From assembly GCA_963833985.1 (NCBI GenBank), contig CAWIAD010000001.1, positions 832,001 to 896,000 of the forward strand: a stretch of DNA of 64,000 bases, written 5' to 3'. A program made the position numbers and the translations under genes. This document shows positions 49,651 to 60,700 of the stretch, one piece after another. Every line of letters begins with the position of its first letter. Positions within the stretch are counted from its first letter, which is position 1. This stretch comes from an uncultured Planctomycetaceae bacterium (GTDB lineage Bacteria; Planctomycetota; Planctomycetia; Isosphaerales; Isosphaeraceae). The notes beneath the pieces were generated by a model. That model was not told the origin of the DNA, did no database searches, and saw only the letters and a program-made list of their open reading frames with translations.

Positions 49651-51411
49651 ATGCTGGATGAACTGCCCCGTCTGCCTGCTTCGGATACCGCGGCGGTCGA
49701 TCACCTGAGGCCACGCCGGCGAACGGTCTTGAAGGCGCTCGTCACGCTCGGAGCAGGGTCGCTGTGCTTCCAGAGAGCCCTTGCGGCGCAGGTGGCCGAA
49801 GCCGGCAAGGTCACGCCCGAGATGATCCGGCAGGCCGAGTGGATCGCCGGGCTGGAACTCACGGAAAAGGAGCGGCAGAGCGCAGCGAAGGAAGTCCAGG
49901 AAAGTCTCGGCCAGTTTCTGGAGCTGCGCAAGGTGAACGTGGGCTACGACGTGCCGCCGGCCCTGGCCTTTCAGCCCTCGCCCGGCTTGCAGCCCGCCCC
50001 GGTCGTGCGGCGAAACCAGGCCAGGCCGGCGGTCACACGCGAGACGGTGCGTCCCGGCTCGGATGAGGAGCTGGCGTTCCTGTCCGTGGCCGAGCTCGGG
50101 GCGCTGATCCGCTCGCGAAAACTGACGTCCACCGAGCTGACGAAGCTTTACCTGCGCAGGCTCAAGCAGTTTGACCCATTGCTGCTGTGTGTTGTGTCGT
50201 TCACCGAAGAGCTGGCGCTGAAGCAGGCCGAGCAGGCCGACAAGGAGATCGCCGCCGGCCATTACCGCGGCCCGCTGCACGGCATTCCCTGGGGCGCCAA
50301 GGACCTGATCTCCTATCCCGGCTACCCCACCACGTGGGGAGCACCGCAGTTCAAGGGAAGGGTGCTGAACGAGAAGGCGACCGTCGCGGCCCGTCTCGAG
50401 GAAGCGGGTGCCGTTCTGGTGGGCAAGCTGACCCTGGGCGCGCTGGCGATGGGCGACCAGTGGTTCGGCGGCAAGACGCGCAGCCCGTGGGACCCGAGGC
50501 GCGGTTCCAGCGGCTCCTCCGCCGGCTCCGCCTCCGCCGTGGCCGCGGGACTGGTGGGGTTCGCGCTGGGGAGCGAAACGCTGGGGAGCATTGTCTCCCC
50601 TTGCCGGGCCTGCGGCGCATCGGGTCTGCGGCCGACCTTCGGCCGCGTGAGCCGCCACGGCTGCATGTCCCTGGCCTGGACGATGGACAAGATCGGCCCC
50701 ATTGCCCGGTCCATCGAGGACTGTGCTCTGGTGCTCGACGCCATTCACGGCCATGACGGCCTGGACGCCACGGCCGTCGATCAGCCCTTCGTCTGGCCGC
50801 CCGGGCGGGAGCTCGGCAAGCTGCGGATCGGCTACGTCGAGGAGCCTCAGCGACCAGCGGACGGGCGTGAGGAGCTGAGAGTCCTCCGGGCATTGGGATT
50901 CGATCTGGTGCCCATCAAGCTGCCCGATCATTACCCGCTGGAGGCGATCACGGTCATGCTTGGCACCGAGGCCGCGGCCGTCTTCGACGAGTTCACGCGG
51001 AACCATGTGACCGAGGGCCTCAATTCCTGGCCGGAGACCTTTCGCCAGGGACAGTTCGTGCCAGCCGTCGAGTACCTTCGCGCTGCGCGGGTACGAACGC
51101 TGCTCATGCGGGAGCTGGCGAAGCTGATGGAGACCGTGGATCTCTACGTCGGCTCACGCAACGACCTGGTGATCACGAACCTGACCGGCCACCCCACGGC
51201 CGTTTTTCCTGGCAGCCTGCGCAACATCAACGGCCGTCCGGGGCCGCGCTCGGTCACCCTCACCGGCCGTTTGTACGACGAATCCACGCTGCTGGCCGTC
51301 GCCTGTGCCTATCAGCAAGCCACCGCCCACCACCTCCAGCGCCCGCCGCTGGAGCGCTTCCTTGCCGAGCAACAGGCCAGGGAGAAGGCGAAGCAGGGGC
51401 CGGAGGCATGA
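49651..51411 (+). CDS. Amidase-signature family enzyme with a Tat-like signal
   Basis: RRRTVLKAL; GPLHGIPWGAKDL, GSSGSSAGS, GSETLGSIVSP, GLRPTFGRVSRHG. Confidence 0.92.
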   Translation: MLDELPRLPASDTAAVDHLRPRRRTVLKALVTLGAGSLCFQRALAAQVAEAGKVTPEMIRQAEWIAGLELTEKERQSAAKEVQESLGQFLELRKVNVGYDVPPALAFQPSPGLQPAPVVRRNQARPAVTRETVRPGSDEELAFLSVAELGALIRSRKLTSTELTKLYLRRLKQFDPLLLCVVSFTEELALKQAEQADKEIAAGHYRGPLHGIPWGAKDLISYPGYPTTWGAPQFKGRVLNEKATVAARLEEAGAVLVGKLTLGALAMGDQWFGGKTRSPWDPRRGSSGSSAGSASAVAAGLVGFALGSETLGSIVSPCRACGASGLRPTFGRVSRHGCMSLAWTMDKIGPIARSIEDCALVLDAIHGHDGLDATAVDQPFVWPPGRELGKLRIGYVEEPQRPADGREELRVLRALGFDLVPIKLPDHYPLEAITVMLGTEAAAVFDEFTRNHVTEGLNSWPETFRQGQFVPAVEYLRAARVRTLLMRELAKLMETVDLYVGSRNDLVITNLTGHPTAVFPGSLRNINGRPGPRSVTLTGRLYDESTLLAVACAYQQATAHHLQRPPLERFLAEQQAREKAKQGPEA

Positions 51412-51565
51412 GGCTCGCCGTCACCACACGCTTCCCGCAGCGAGAGGAGCAGGCCTATACTGAAAGGCAGACAGAGACCACGGCGGTGAACCGCGGAGCC
51501 ACGGACAACGCATCCGCCACCCGCCCAGGGGTTCCCACTGGCCGCACTCCGGAAGGAGTTTGGAG

Positions 51566-52060
51566 ATGTCCGCCGCGATCCATCCCGACGCAACCGACGT
51601 GGTCGTGATGACGGCCGATGCGAAGGCCGCCTCCGCCCTGTCGCGCAGGCTCTCCGAACTGGGGCATGTCGAGCCGGTGCAGGGGCATCCGGGGTTCCTC
51701 GTGGTCTCGCCCACGCGGCAGGAGGCCGATCCCGCCGGACAGTTGCGCAAGGCGATCGCGGGGTTGGACGCCGACGTCCGGGTGGAGCCCCTGCTGCGCG
51801 ACGAGCACGGCAATGCCCTGGTGCCGACGGGCAAGGTGACCGTCCGCTTCAAGTCCGAGCCCTCCGCCGAGGACCTGCGCCGCTTTGCCGGCCCGCTGGG
51901 GCTCTCGGTGGATGCCCGCAACAAATATGTCCCCAGCCAGGTCTCTTTTCGCATCCCCGGCGGCGATCCGGTCAGTCTCGTCGTGGAGCGGATCCAGCAG
52001 CAGGACGACCGGGTCTTGCAAGCCTGGCCCGAGACCCTCGGCCTCTACCGTCGCGCTTGA
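51566..52060 (+). CDS. Stand-alone protein resembling the prodomain of the downstream S8 protease
   Basis: VTVRF...GLSVDARNKYVPSQ...AWPETLGLYRRA aligns by eye with VVIRF...GLAVRRQNRLIPDQ...ATPNFISEYRRS. Confidence 0.7.
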   Translation: MSAAIHPDATDVVVMTADAKAASALSRRLSELGHVEPVQGHPGFLVVSPTRQEADPAGQLRKAIAGLDADVRVEPLLRDEHGNALVPTGKVTVRFKSEPSAEDLRRFAGPLGLSVDARNKYVPSQVSFRIPGGDPVSLVVERIQQQDDRVLQAWPETLGLYRRA

Positions 52061-52093
52061 TCTTGCACGGTTCTCTCCAGGTCGATCCCAGCG

Positions 52094-53746
52094 ATGCTGC
52101 TCAAGAATGCGACGAGCCCGGACCTGAAACTGGTCCCTTTACCGGCCGAGATGAGGCCCGGATCGGGCGGCCCGGTCTTCCGCCTGCGCGGCTCGGAACA
52201 TATCCTCGGACGTGTGACGCGGGCGGTCCGGACGTTCCTGGACATGGGCCGAAGCGGCATGCCCGGTTCCACGGCGCGGGGTGTCGCCCCCGACTTCGCA
52301 GCCTCAGCGCAGGGGTTCCCGGCCGTCTTCCGCGAACAGGATTCGGGACTCATCCGCCTGGTCTATCGCGAGGTCGTGATCCGCTTCGTGGCGGGGACCT
52401 CCGATTCCAAGCGAAAGGCGATCCTGGCCGATCGCGGCCTGGCCGTACGGAGGCAGAACCGGCTGATCCCTGACCAGATCATCGCCTACGACACCACCCG
52501 GAACCAGACGGGCGGCAGCATGGTGGAGCTGGCCAACGCCCTCCAAGGCTACGAGGAGGTGGTCTTCGCCACCCCGAACTTCATCTCCGAGTACCGGCGC
52601 TCTGCCCTGCCCGGCATCATCGCGGCACAGTGGCACCTGAAGAACCTGGCCCGCCGGCCGGGCCAGCACAAGGGAGAGGACATCCAGGCGGCCCTGGCGT
52701 GGAAGACGACGCTGGGACGCAAGGACGTGGTTGTGGCGGTGCTGGACGACGGCGTGGACGTGGACCACCCGAACCTGAAGCCGAACATCTGCTGGAACCC
52801 GGACCCCGGCGACAAGCGCGATCGCTGCGGGCGCGATTTCTATATTCCCGACGACGACGATCCCGACCATTTCAACCCCCGGCCGAAGAACTTCCAGTAT
52901 CCCTACAACCAGATGGCTGGCAACGACATCCACGGCACCGCCTGTGCGGGGCTGATCGCGGCCGCCGGCGTGGGGTCGAACGCGGCCATTGGAGCGGCCG
53001 CGCGCTGCCGCATTCTGCCGGTGAAGATCTTTCACGCCGAGAGCTTCGCCACCGACACCCGGGTCGCCGACGCCATCCGCTACGCTGCGCTCCACGCCGA
53101 CGTGATCTCGTGCTCGTGGACCGGCCCGGTGAGCGACGACATCGCCATGGCGATCAGGGACGCCAGCGTGCTGAACCGCAAGGGCAGGGGCTCCATTGTT
53201 ATCTGTGCGGCCGGCAATGACGGCGGCGGCGCGGTGAGGTTTCCAGCATCGCTCCCGGAGGCCGTCGCCGTGGGCGCCTCCACAGACCAGGGCGAACGGG
53301 CAGCTTATTCCAGTATCGGGCCGGAGCTGACCGTCGTGGCTCCCTCCAGCGGCGGGGTGGAGAGCATCTACACCACCGACGTCTCTTACAAATACCGGGG
53401 CTTCAATCGAGGGACTGCCGAGGACGGCGGCAAGAACGGGCTGCACACGTGCAAGTTCGGCGGTACGTCGGCGGCGACGGCCATCGCCGCGGGCGTTGCG
53501 GCGCTGGTGCGGTCCGCGGCCCCGAACCTGAGCGACACCGAGGTGCGGCAGATCCTCTGCGAGACCGCCGACAAGATCGGCGACGGCTACGACCCGAAGA
53601 CCGGCCAGAGCCCGCAATTCGGCCACGGGCGGGTCAATGCCGCGAAGGCCGTGGCCGCGGCCATGACCATGGCGGCGGGCCTTGCGGAACGTTCAGCCGC
53701 TTCCGCACCGTCCCCTCGGCCCCTCGGACGAAAACCAGGGCGCTGA
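52094..53746 (+). CDS. S8 subtilisin-family serine peptidase, no evident signal peptide
   Basis: VLDDGVD, HGTACAG, AAGNDG, GGTSAAT, FGHGRVNA. Confidence 0.93.
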   Translation: MLLKNATSPDLKLVPLPAEMRPGSGGPVFRLRGSEHILGRVTRAVRTFLDMGRSGMPGSTARGVAPDFAASAQGFPAVFREQDSGLIRLVYREVVIRFVAGTSDSKRKAILADRGLAVRRQNRLIPDQIIAYDTTRNQTGGSMVELANALQGYEEVVFATPNFISEYRRSALPGIIAAQWHLKNLARRPGQHKGEDIQAALAWKTTLGRKDVVVAVLDDGVDVDHPNLKPNICWNPDPGDKRDRCGRDFYIPDDDDPDHFNPRPKNFQYPYNQMAGNDIHGTACAGLIAAAGVGSNAAIGAAARCRILPVKIFHAESFATDTRVADAIRYAALHADVISCSWTGPVSDDIAMAIRDASVLNRKGRGSIVICAAGNDGGGAVRFPASLPEAVAVGASTDQGERAAYSSIGPELTVVAPSSGGVESIYTTDVSYKYRGFNRGTAEDGGKNGLHTCKFGGTSAATAIAAGVAALVRSAAPNLSDTEVRQILCETADKIGDGYDPKTGQSPQFGHGRVNAAKAVAAAMTMAAGLAERSAASAPSPRPLGRKPGR

Positions 53747-53777
53747 GATCCGCCTCGGTCTACTGCCCACTCCCCGG

Positions 53778-55095
53778 CTAGACCAGGCCGGTGAGCACTC
53801 CTTCACCGCAGAACTCCGAGTTGCCAAAGCGCTTGAGGTCATGGCCGAAACCGTGGGCCAGCGACAGCAGCAGGCGGTTGTGCGGGGCCTTCTTGAACTT
53901 GAGCGACCGGCCCATGGTGAAATCGAGGCCATTGCCCACGAGCACGAAGGGGATGTTGTCCAGCGTGTGCGAGTTACCCTTGCCCAGCTCATTGGTCCAG
54001 AGGATGAGCGTGTTGTCCAGCAGGCTCCCCGGCCCGCCCGGCTCGGGGGTCTCGGCCAGCCGCTTTGCCAGGTAAGCCATCTGCTCGCAGAACCACTTGT
54101 TGATCTTCGTGAGCTTTTCGACCGATTCTTTCTTGGAATCGGGGTCGTGCGAGAGCTCGTGGTGCCCTTCGTTGACGCCGATCCAGTGCATCCGCGCCGC
54201 CCACGGAATTGGTGTACTGGAGCGTGGCGATGCGTGAGAAGTCGGCCGCGAAGCTCTGCACCATCAGTTCGATCTGCATCTTGCTGATGCGCGGGATGTT
54301 GTCGTTCTCTTCCTTCACGCCTGGCTCGATCTCGGGAACGGCGTGGCCGATCGGGTCCTTGCCGTCGTCCTTGAGTTCCTGCTCCATCTCGCGCACGAAC
54401 GTGGCGTGCTCTTCCAGAAGCTGCCGGTCCTCGGTACTCACGGCGGAGCGCAGCTTGCCTAAGTCGGCGTCGATGTCGTCGAGGACGCTCCGGAGGCTCT
54501 CGCGATCCTTCACGCGGCCGTAGAGCTTGGAGAACATCTGGTAAGGGTTGTCGATCGGTGCGATGGGCTTGTTCGGGCCGGCGTAGACCATGCGGGTCCA
54601 GGTATCGGCACGGTCCGGCACCATGACGCCGAACTCGAGCGAGCCGAAGCGGGTCCGCGTGCGCGGGTCTTGCTGGAGGAAGTTCTTGATCTCCTGGTCG
54701 ATCGAGTGCCCGCTTGACCACCCGGCCGGGGTGTCCGAGCCGCCCTGGATATTGCCGGGAAACAGCTCGATTCCCGTCAGCAAGCAGCCGATCCCGCGCA
54801 TGTGGTTGTCGCCATCGCCGCGTACTCTGTCGCACACGCCATGCAGGAACAGGGTGCGGTCGCGAAACGGTTCGAGCGGCTTGACGCTCTCCTTGAGTGT
54901 AAAGTTCTTGCCTTCCTCGTCGGGCCAGAACGCCGAGGGAATGACGCCGTTCGGGCTGAAGAGGACCACCAGCCTTTGCTTCCGCTTCTGCTGGTTGGCG
55001 AAGCCCAGGCTGGGCAGGTTGAGCAGGAACGGCAAGGCGCCCGCGCTAATGCCCAGGTCGCGGAGGAACTCGCGCCGGTTGGTTGTCTGAGCCAC
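53778..55095 (-). CDS. DUF1552 family protein, frameshifted near 54195
   Basis: GGAGG RBS and GTG start; NRREFLR Tat-like motif; FSPNGV, HSIDQEI; continues as HHELSH...[15 protein letters not shown]. Confidence 0.85.
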
Positions 55096-55145
55096 GTATC
55101 TGCCTCCGGTATAGCGCCGGTGAGGGTCCAAGGAACACGAACGAT

Positions 55146-57555
55146 CAGGGTAAGAAAACCGATCCTGGCAGTTCACCGTATCCCGAGGCGGCGACGGGGG
55201 TCGGCTTCGCCCGGCCCCCTCGGAAGCCGCCTGCCTGGGGACGAGAGCCGAACCGGCGATGATATCGACCATCAGCTTGCGAACGTTGAAGTCCTGATGC
55301 TCGAACTCCGCCCGCAGCGCATCGAGCTGCTTTGGCCCGAACGCCCGGATCGGCTGCTTGACCAGATAATGGAAGAGTTGCTGGACGAACGCCGCGTGCG
55401 TCTCCTCGCTGCCAGCCAGGTAGGAGGCCAGGCTGCGTGCGCCGGTGAAAGACACGGTCTCGCCGGTGCGCGTCTGGTAGGTCCCCGTGGCGTCGATGGG
55501 CTTACCCTTCTCGTCCTTGCGGAACCGGCCGACGGCGTCGAAATTCTCGAGGGTGTAGCCGAGCGAGTTGATCATGGCGTGGCACATCTGGCACGACTTG
55601 GGGCTGGTCTGGAGCGCCACCCGCTCGCGGGTGGTCAGTCCGGCGTGCAGATCGGGGGCCAGCGGAGCCACGGCCGCCGGCGGCGCGGGGAGCGTGCGGC
55701 CCAGGACCCCGCGCGACAGGAACACCCCCCGGTGGATCGGCGAGCTGGTGCTCGTGTACGCGAAGGCCGCCATCAGGTAGGGATGCGTGAGCAGCCCGGC
55801 GCGATCCTGTCCCTCCAGCTTGACTTTCTGGAACGACGCTCCGGCGGGAAGCCTGGCACCGTAAAGCTGCGCCAGGCGGCCGTTCAGGTAGAGCTCGTCG
55901 GAAAGCAAGAGCCGGCGGAAATCGGACGATTCGCCCCAGACGGCGTCTTCCAGAAACAGGTCCAGCGAGGTCCGCAGGTCCGAGGCCACGGCCGGACTGA
56001 ACTGCGGGAAGGCCTTGGGATCCTTGGAGACCTCGGCCGCCCGATCGACCCTCAGCCACTGGAGCAGGAACTCGCGCAGCTTGCCGCGCATGCGCAGGTC
56101 GCCGACCATCCGCTCGGCCTGCGCGGCAATCTGATCACGCGTCGACAGCTTGCCTGCGGCCGCGGCCTCCAGCAGTGCCTGGTCGGGCAGCGAATCCCAG
56201 AGTCCGTAGGAAATTCGGCAGGCGACGTCGTAGGCGTCCAGCCCGCCCCTGAGCTCATGATAGAGGAACCGCGGCGACATGAGCACCAGCAGCATGGTCC
56301 GCCGGACCGCGGCGTCAGGGTTCTTCGCGGCCTTGAACGGACGGTCCAGATAAGCCGCCTTCTGCTCGTCGGTGAGCGGCCGGCGGAAGGCCCGTTCGGC
56401 GAACTTGCCGCAGAACTCGCGCAGTTTTGCCGTGCGGTCCGAGGCACCGTCATTCACGCCGGAGAGCTCGCCCAGGTTGGCTGCGACGTAGTCTGCCACT
56501 TCGAGCGCGGCATCCGTGGCCGCCTGGTCCCAGGCCTTCGAGACCGACGTTCCGCGCTCGTAGCCGACACTGCGGTCATCGGGCGGGAAGGCCGTCTGGA
56601 GCACCAGCACCTGCGGGCTCCGGGAAGGCGACAGGAAGCGCTGGGGGATGACGTCCACGGCCTGGCCGGGCGGCTTCCAGAGCAGAGCGATCAAGGCGGG
56701 GGTGGGGGGCGGGTCCGGGTCTTTCTTGCCGTCCTTCTCCCCCTGCTTACCCTTGGAGAAGTCCAGCTTGATCGGGTAGACGCGTCCACCCAGCAGGCGC
56801 ATCGTCTCGCGGAACTCGGTGTCCTTGCCCGACTTTACCCAGCGGTCGATGAGCGGCTTCTTGAGGTCGTTCACCCAGAGCCGTGCCGAGTGGTCGGTGC
56901 GGACGACGAATTCGTAATCGCCGGTCTCGGGTGCCAGGATCGAGCCTTCCCAGCGGGTGGCAAAGCGATGCCCGATCCCCTTGCTCGCATCCGGCAGGTT
57001 CACCCCGAAATCGAACTCGATGGTCGGGTCGACGCGGTCGATGATCTTGTCGTTGTTGTTCCGGAATCGCTGAGACTTCGAATACTGGCCATGCAGTCCC
57101 TTCGGCCCGTCCCAGGCGGTCGGCCCGCGGAAGCTGCCGATCAGGTCGGCGATCGTGTGGTGATATTGCCGCACCGTGAGCCGCGACAGCTCGATCCGTG
57201 CGGGCCGGTTCCGCGCCTGGGCCACCCTGGAGTAGAAGGCGTCGTAGATGTAGGCCGCAACCTTCTGGGCATCCGGGCCGGTACAGCTTCCCGGGTCGTC
57301 GTCAGGCATCGACTTTTCAATATACTTGATAAGCTGGGCCAGCCCCCGGTCACCCTCCAGCGGGTGGCCGTACTCCTTGCTCCCCTCGCCGTTCTTGCCG
57401 TGGCACGACAGGCACTGCTGCTGGTAGATCTGCTCGCCCGTTGGATCCTCGGCGGCCGCCTGTGCCGGCAGGGCGAGCCAGACGTAGAGAGCCAGGGTCC
57501 CGCTGAGAGAGGCGCAGAGGATGCTCTTGCGGGGGCGGGGTTGTTTCATCGTCAT
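55146..57555 (-). CDS. DUF1592-family (PSD/PSCyt) protein with cytochrome c and PA14-like domains; 3' end uncertain
   Basis: CLSCH and CQMCH heme motifs; [50 protein letters not shown]. Confidence 0.88.
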
Positions 57556-57710
57556 GGCGCAACCAACCCAGATAGAGAAGTCTATGCCGGAATCCTTCAG
57601 GTGGGAGCATGGTCCCGGTCAAGCGGCGTGTGTCTGGCAGATGGATCCTGCGGGTGATGTTCAACCTTTCTTTTACACCATTCTCAGTTCGGCGGCAAGT
57701 GTCTACCTGA

Positions 57711-57726
57711 GGCAGTTTTCATGCCA
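57711..57726 (-). promoter_or_regulatory. Possible sigma-54 promoter of the DUF1592-DUF1552 operon
   Basis: Minus strand TGGCAT-GAAAA-CTGCC (GG-N10-GC), in the intergenic region. Confidence 0.4.
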
Positions 57727-57731
57727 GGGTT

Positions 57732-60700
57732 TCACGGTGCGAACGGGTCGGCCCGGAAGATCGGATCGTAGAGGATAACCGCCTCGGCCTCTAGCTTCAG
57801 GACCATATCCCGGATGTACCGCCCGCTGAGATTCACCTCGCCGAGGAGTGTTGCCAGTCGACGGGCTTCCTCCCGGTGTCCCAGGCGATAATGGGCCAGG
57901 GCCAGTGGGGCCCACTCCTTCTCGAACGCGGAGCGGGGCCTGTCGCGGAGCTTCAAGGCCTCGTCAAGGCGCTGGATCGCGTCGGCGTAGCGTCCTTCGC
58001 GGTAGAGCAGAAGTCCGTGGCTCAAGAGACCGTCTGCCTTGCTGGTCTCGGTGGGCAGGCTTATCGTCCGCTCGATCATCTGCCGGATCACAGCGAGAGA
58101 GATCCCCGGGTCGCTCACCTGGAGAGCAGCCTGAGCGATCTCGTTCACCCATTCCGGGTGTGGCGTATCACCGAATCGCTCGAAGAGCAGGACCAGTGCC
58201 GTCTTTGCCTCATCCCGGTGCCCGGCCGCGTGCAGAGCCGCGACCAAGTCGCAAAGACCGATCGGCGTCAGCCGCTCGAGGCGATCGGCCTCGCGGAGGT
58301 CCGTCGCGGCCCGCATCCAGGATCTGCTGCCAAACCAGTAAGCCGCACGCCGCTCCAGCAAGGCCGGCGCGGCGGATGGCTGGAGGGCGAGCACCCGGCG
58401 AAACAGGTTCTCGCGACTGAAGATCTTCGGTTGAATCTCGACGGCCTCCCGCGAGTTGGTGTCCAGGCCCAGGGAGTAGGCGGTGACGAAATCGGTTTCG
58501 GCCTTTTCAGTCTGTCCCCGAGCGTCCAGGAATTGACCGCGCTGGGCGCGGATCTGCGCATTGTCGGGCCAGGTGGAGACAGCCTCATCATAGGCGGCCT
58601 CGGCCTCGGCCCAGCGTCCGCGATCGGCCCAGGCCCTGGCTCGCGCGGTCGGGACGGCGCTGGCGAGAATCGAGTCGAAGCGCCATCGCGGAGGTGCCGC
58701 GGGTGGTCCGCCCAGGCTGGCCAGCCGCTCGCGCCGCGCATTCCTGGCAGCCTCGTCGAGGGGAGCGATATCGCCCCGCTCGTTGACATCGAGGCCGGTG
58801 ATCGCCTGGATCCAGACAGCGGCCCGCTCCAGGTCGTCGGGCAGGTCGGGAACCTCCATGAGACGGGCCATCTGTGCGGCTCCGGATGCCAGGAGCATCG
58901 TGCCGTCCGGAGAGAATTCGACCCTGGTGCCAAGTTCCTGGGACTCGGCGCCGGGTCCGATCGGCCGGCCGGTCGCCAGGTTCCACATCCGTGCCTTGTT
59001 GAGGCCGTTGGTGGCGACCATCCGGCCGCCGGGGTGGAAAGCCGAGCCTACGCCCATCCCCGTTTGCAGCGGAGGTCCCAAGGGCCGGCCACTGGCTACG
59101 TCCCAGAGTCGCACCTCACTCTCTCGCGTTCCGTCCTGGAAAGATGCGGTCAGGAGACTCCGGCCGTCCGGGCTGAATTCGAGGGTGATAGTTCTTCCTG
59201 ATAACCGCATGGCCGTGCCCAGCGGCTGACGTGTCGCCAGGTTCCAGACCTGGGCACTGCCGCTTTGATAGCCGCGATCGAACGTTATGGTGGCGAGTAC
59301 CTTGCCATCGGGGCTGAAGGCCGCGCGACCGGCTCCGCCACGGATGGCCAGGTCTGGGACCAGCCGCTTTCCGGTCGCGACCTCCCAGAGTTGTGCGTCC
59401 CCGTCATTGCCGCCATTCGCGGGCGTGCCCAGAAAGAGTAGCCGCGAATCGGGGCTGAAGAGCTCAGTAAGGAAGGAAACTCCATAACCCGCTCGGACAG
59501 TACACCCGGCGCCGATCTGCTTTCCGGTCGCCAGGTCCCAGAGCCTTCCGAAAAGCTGAGTTTTCCCAGGTCCCAAGGATAAGGGACTTAATATCGCGAA
59601 CAGGATCCGGCCGTCGGGACTGAACGCCAGCCTTGTGGAGCCCGAGGTATCCGCGGGAAGCCGCAGGTCGGTCGACCGGCCAGTCCGAAGATCCAGGAAA
59701 CGGATAGACCGATCACCATCATCAATGGAAGCGACCAGACCGTCACCAGATCGGACAGCCGCGTCATAGCCGACCGAGCCCCCAACAAAAAGTGGTGGCC
59801 CCATGGAATGTCCAGTCGCTGCATCCAGCAGCCGCGCCGCGCCGTTACCCGAAGTCAAGACAGATCGTCCGTCGCGAAGAAATACACCTCCTGTCCCGCC
59901 GATGGGCAAGCTGGCCGCATGGGCGGCCGTTGCGTCCCAGAGAGAGGCGGTACCGTCGCCGCTCGCTGTCAGGGCCGTCGCGCCATCGCCGATAAACCGC
60001 GCCAGCAAGACGGCCCCGCGATGCACGAAGGCAGGTCCGAGCGGACGCCCGGTGGCCACATCCCAGATGCGGGCGAGCTTGTCGTGGCCGGCCGTGATGA
60101 GCCTCTGGCCGTCGCGTCGGAAGGCCATGCTCGAGATGCCCCCGCGATGCACGAGCGCGGCTCCGAGCGGCCGGCCGGTGGCCGCTTCCCAGAGCTGCAC
60201 TTCACCAGTCTGCGACCACCTCGAGCCGGTGGAAGTCGCCAGCGTCTTCCCATCGGGACTGAACACGGCGTCGCCAACGCCTTGAGGCTGGATGAGGACA
60301 GGACCGATCTGGCGCCCTGTCGAGGCGTCGAACTGCCGTGCCTCGCCGGATTCTCCGGCCCCTCGCAGCAAGGTCCGTCCGCAGCAGATGACCACGCTCT
60401 TGCCGTCGGGACTGAACCGCGCGGCATTGACCTGTTCCATGTGCGTCAGTGGGGCGCCGAGGGGCTGCTTCGTCGCCACGTCCCAGAGCCGCGACTCGTC
60501 ATTGCCGCAGACGATCAAGATCCTACCGTCAGGGCTGAACTCCATGATCCGTATGTAAGACTTGTGTGCAAGCGGCGGGCCAAGAGGTTTGCCGCTGTAG
60601 GGGTCCCACAGCCGCGCAACGTTGCCCTGTGACACTGCTGCGGTCTTACCATCGGGCGCGAGTGCCAGCGAGCCGACAGTCCTCTGAAGCTCGATGGGTT

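Noticed and set aside
53989..57555. Apparent 1188-aa DUF1592-DUF1552 fusion
   Set aside because: The DUF1552 part has its own GGAGG RBS, GTG start (55095) and Tat-like RR motif, and the linker looks non-coding; a frameshift near 55210 probably removed the stop
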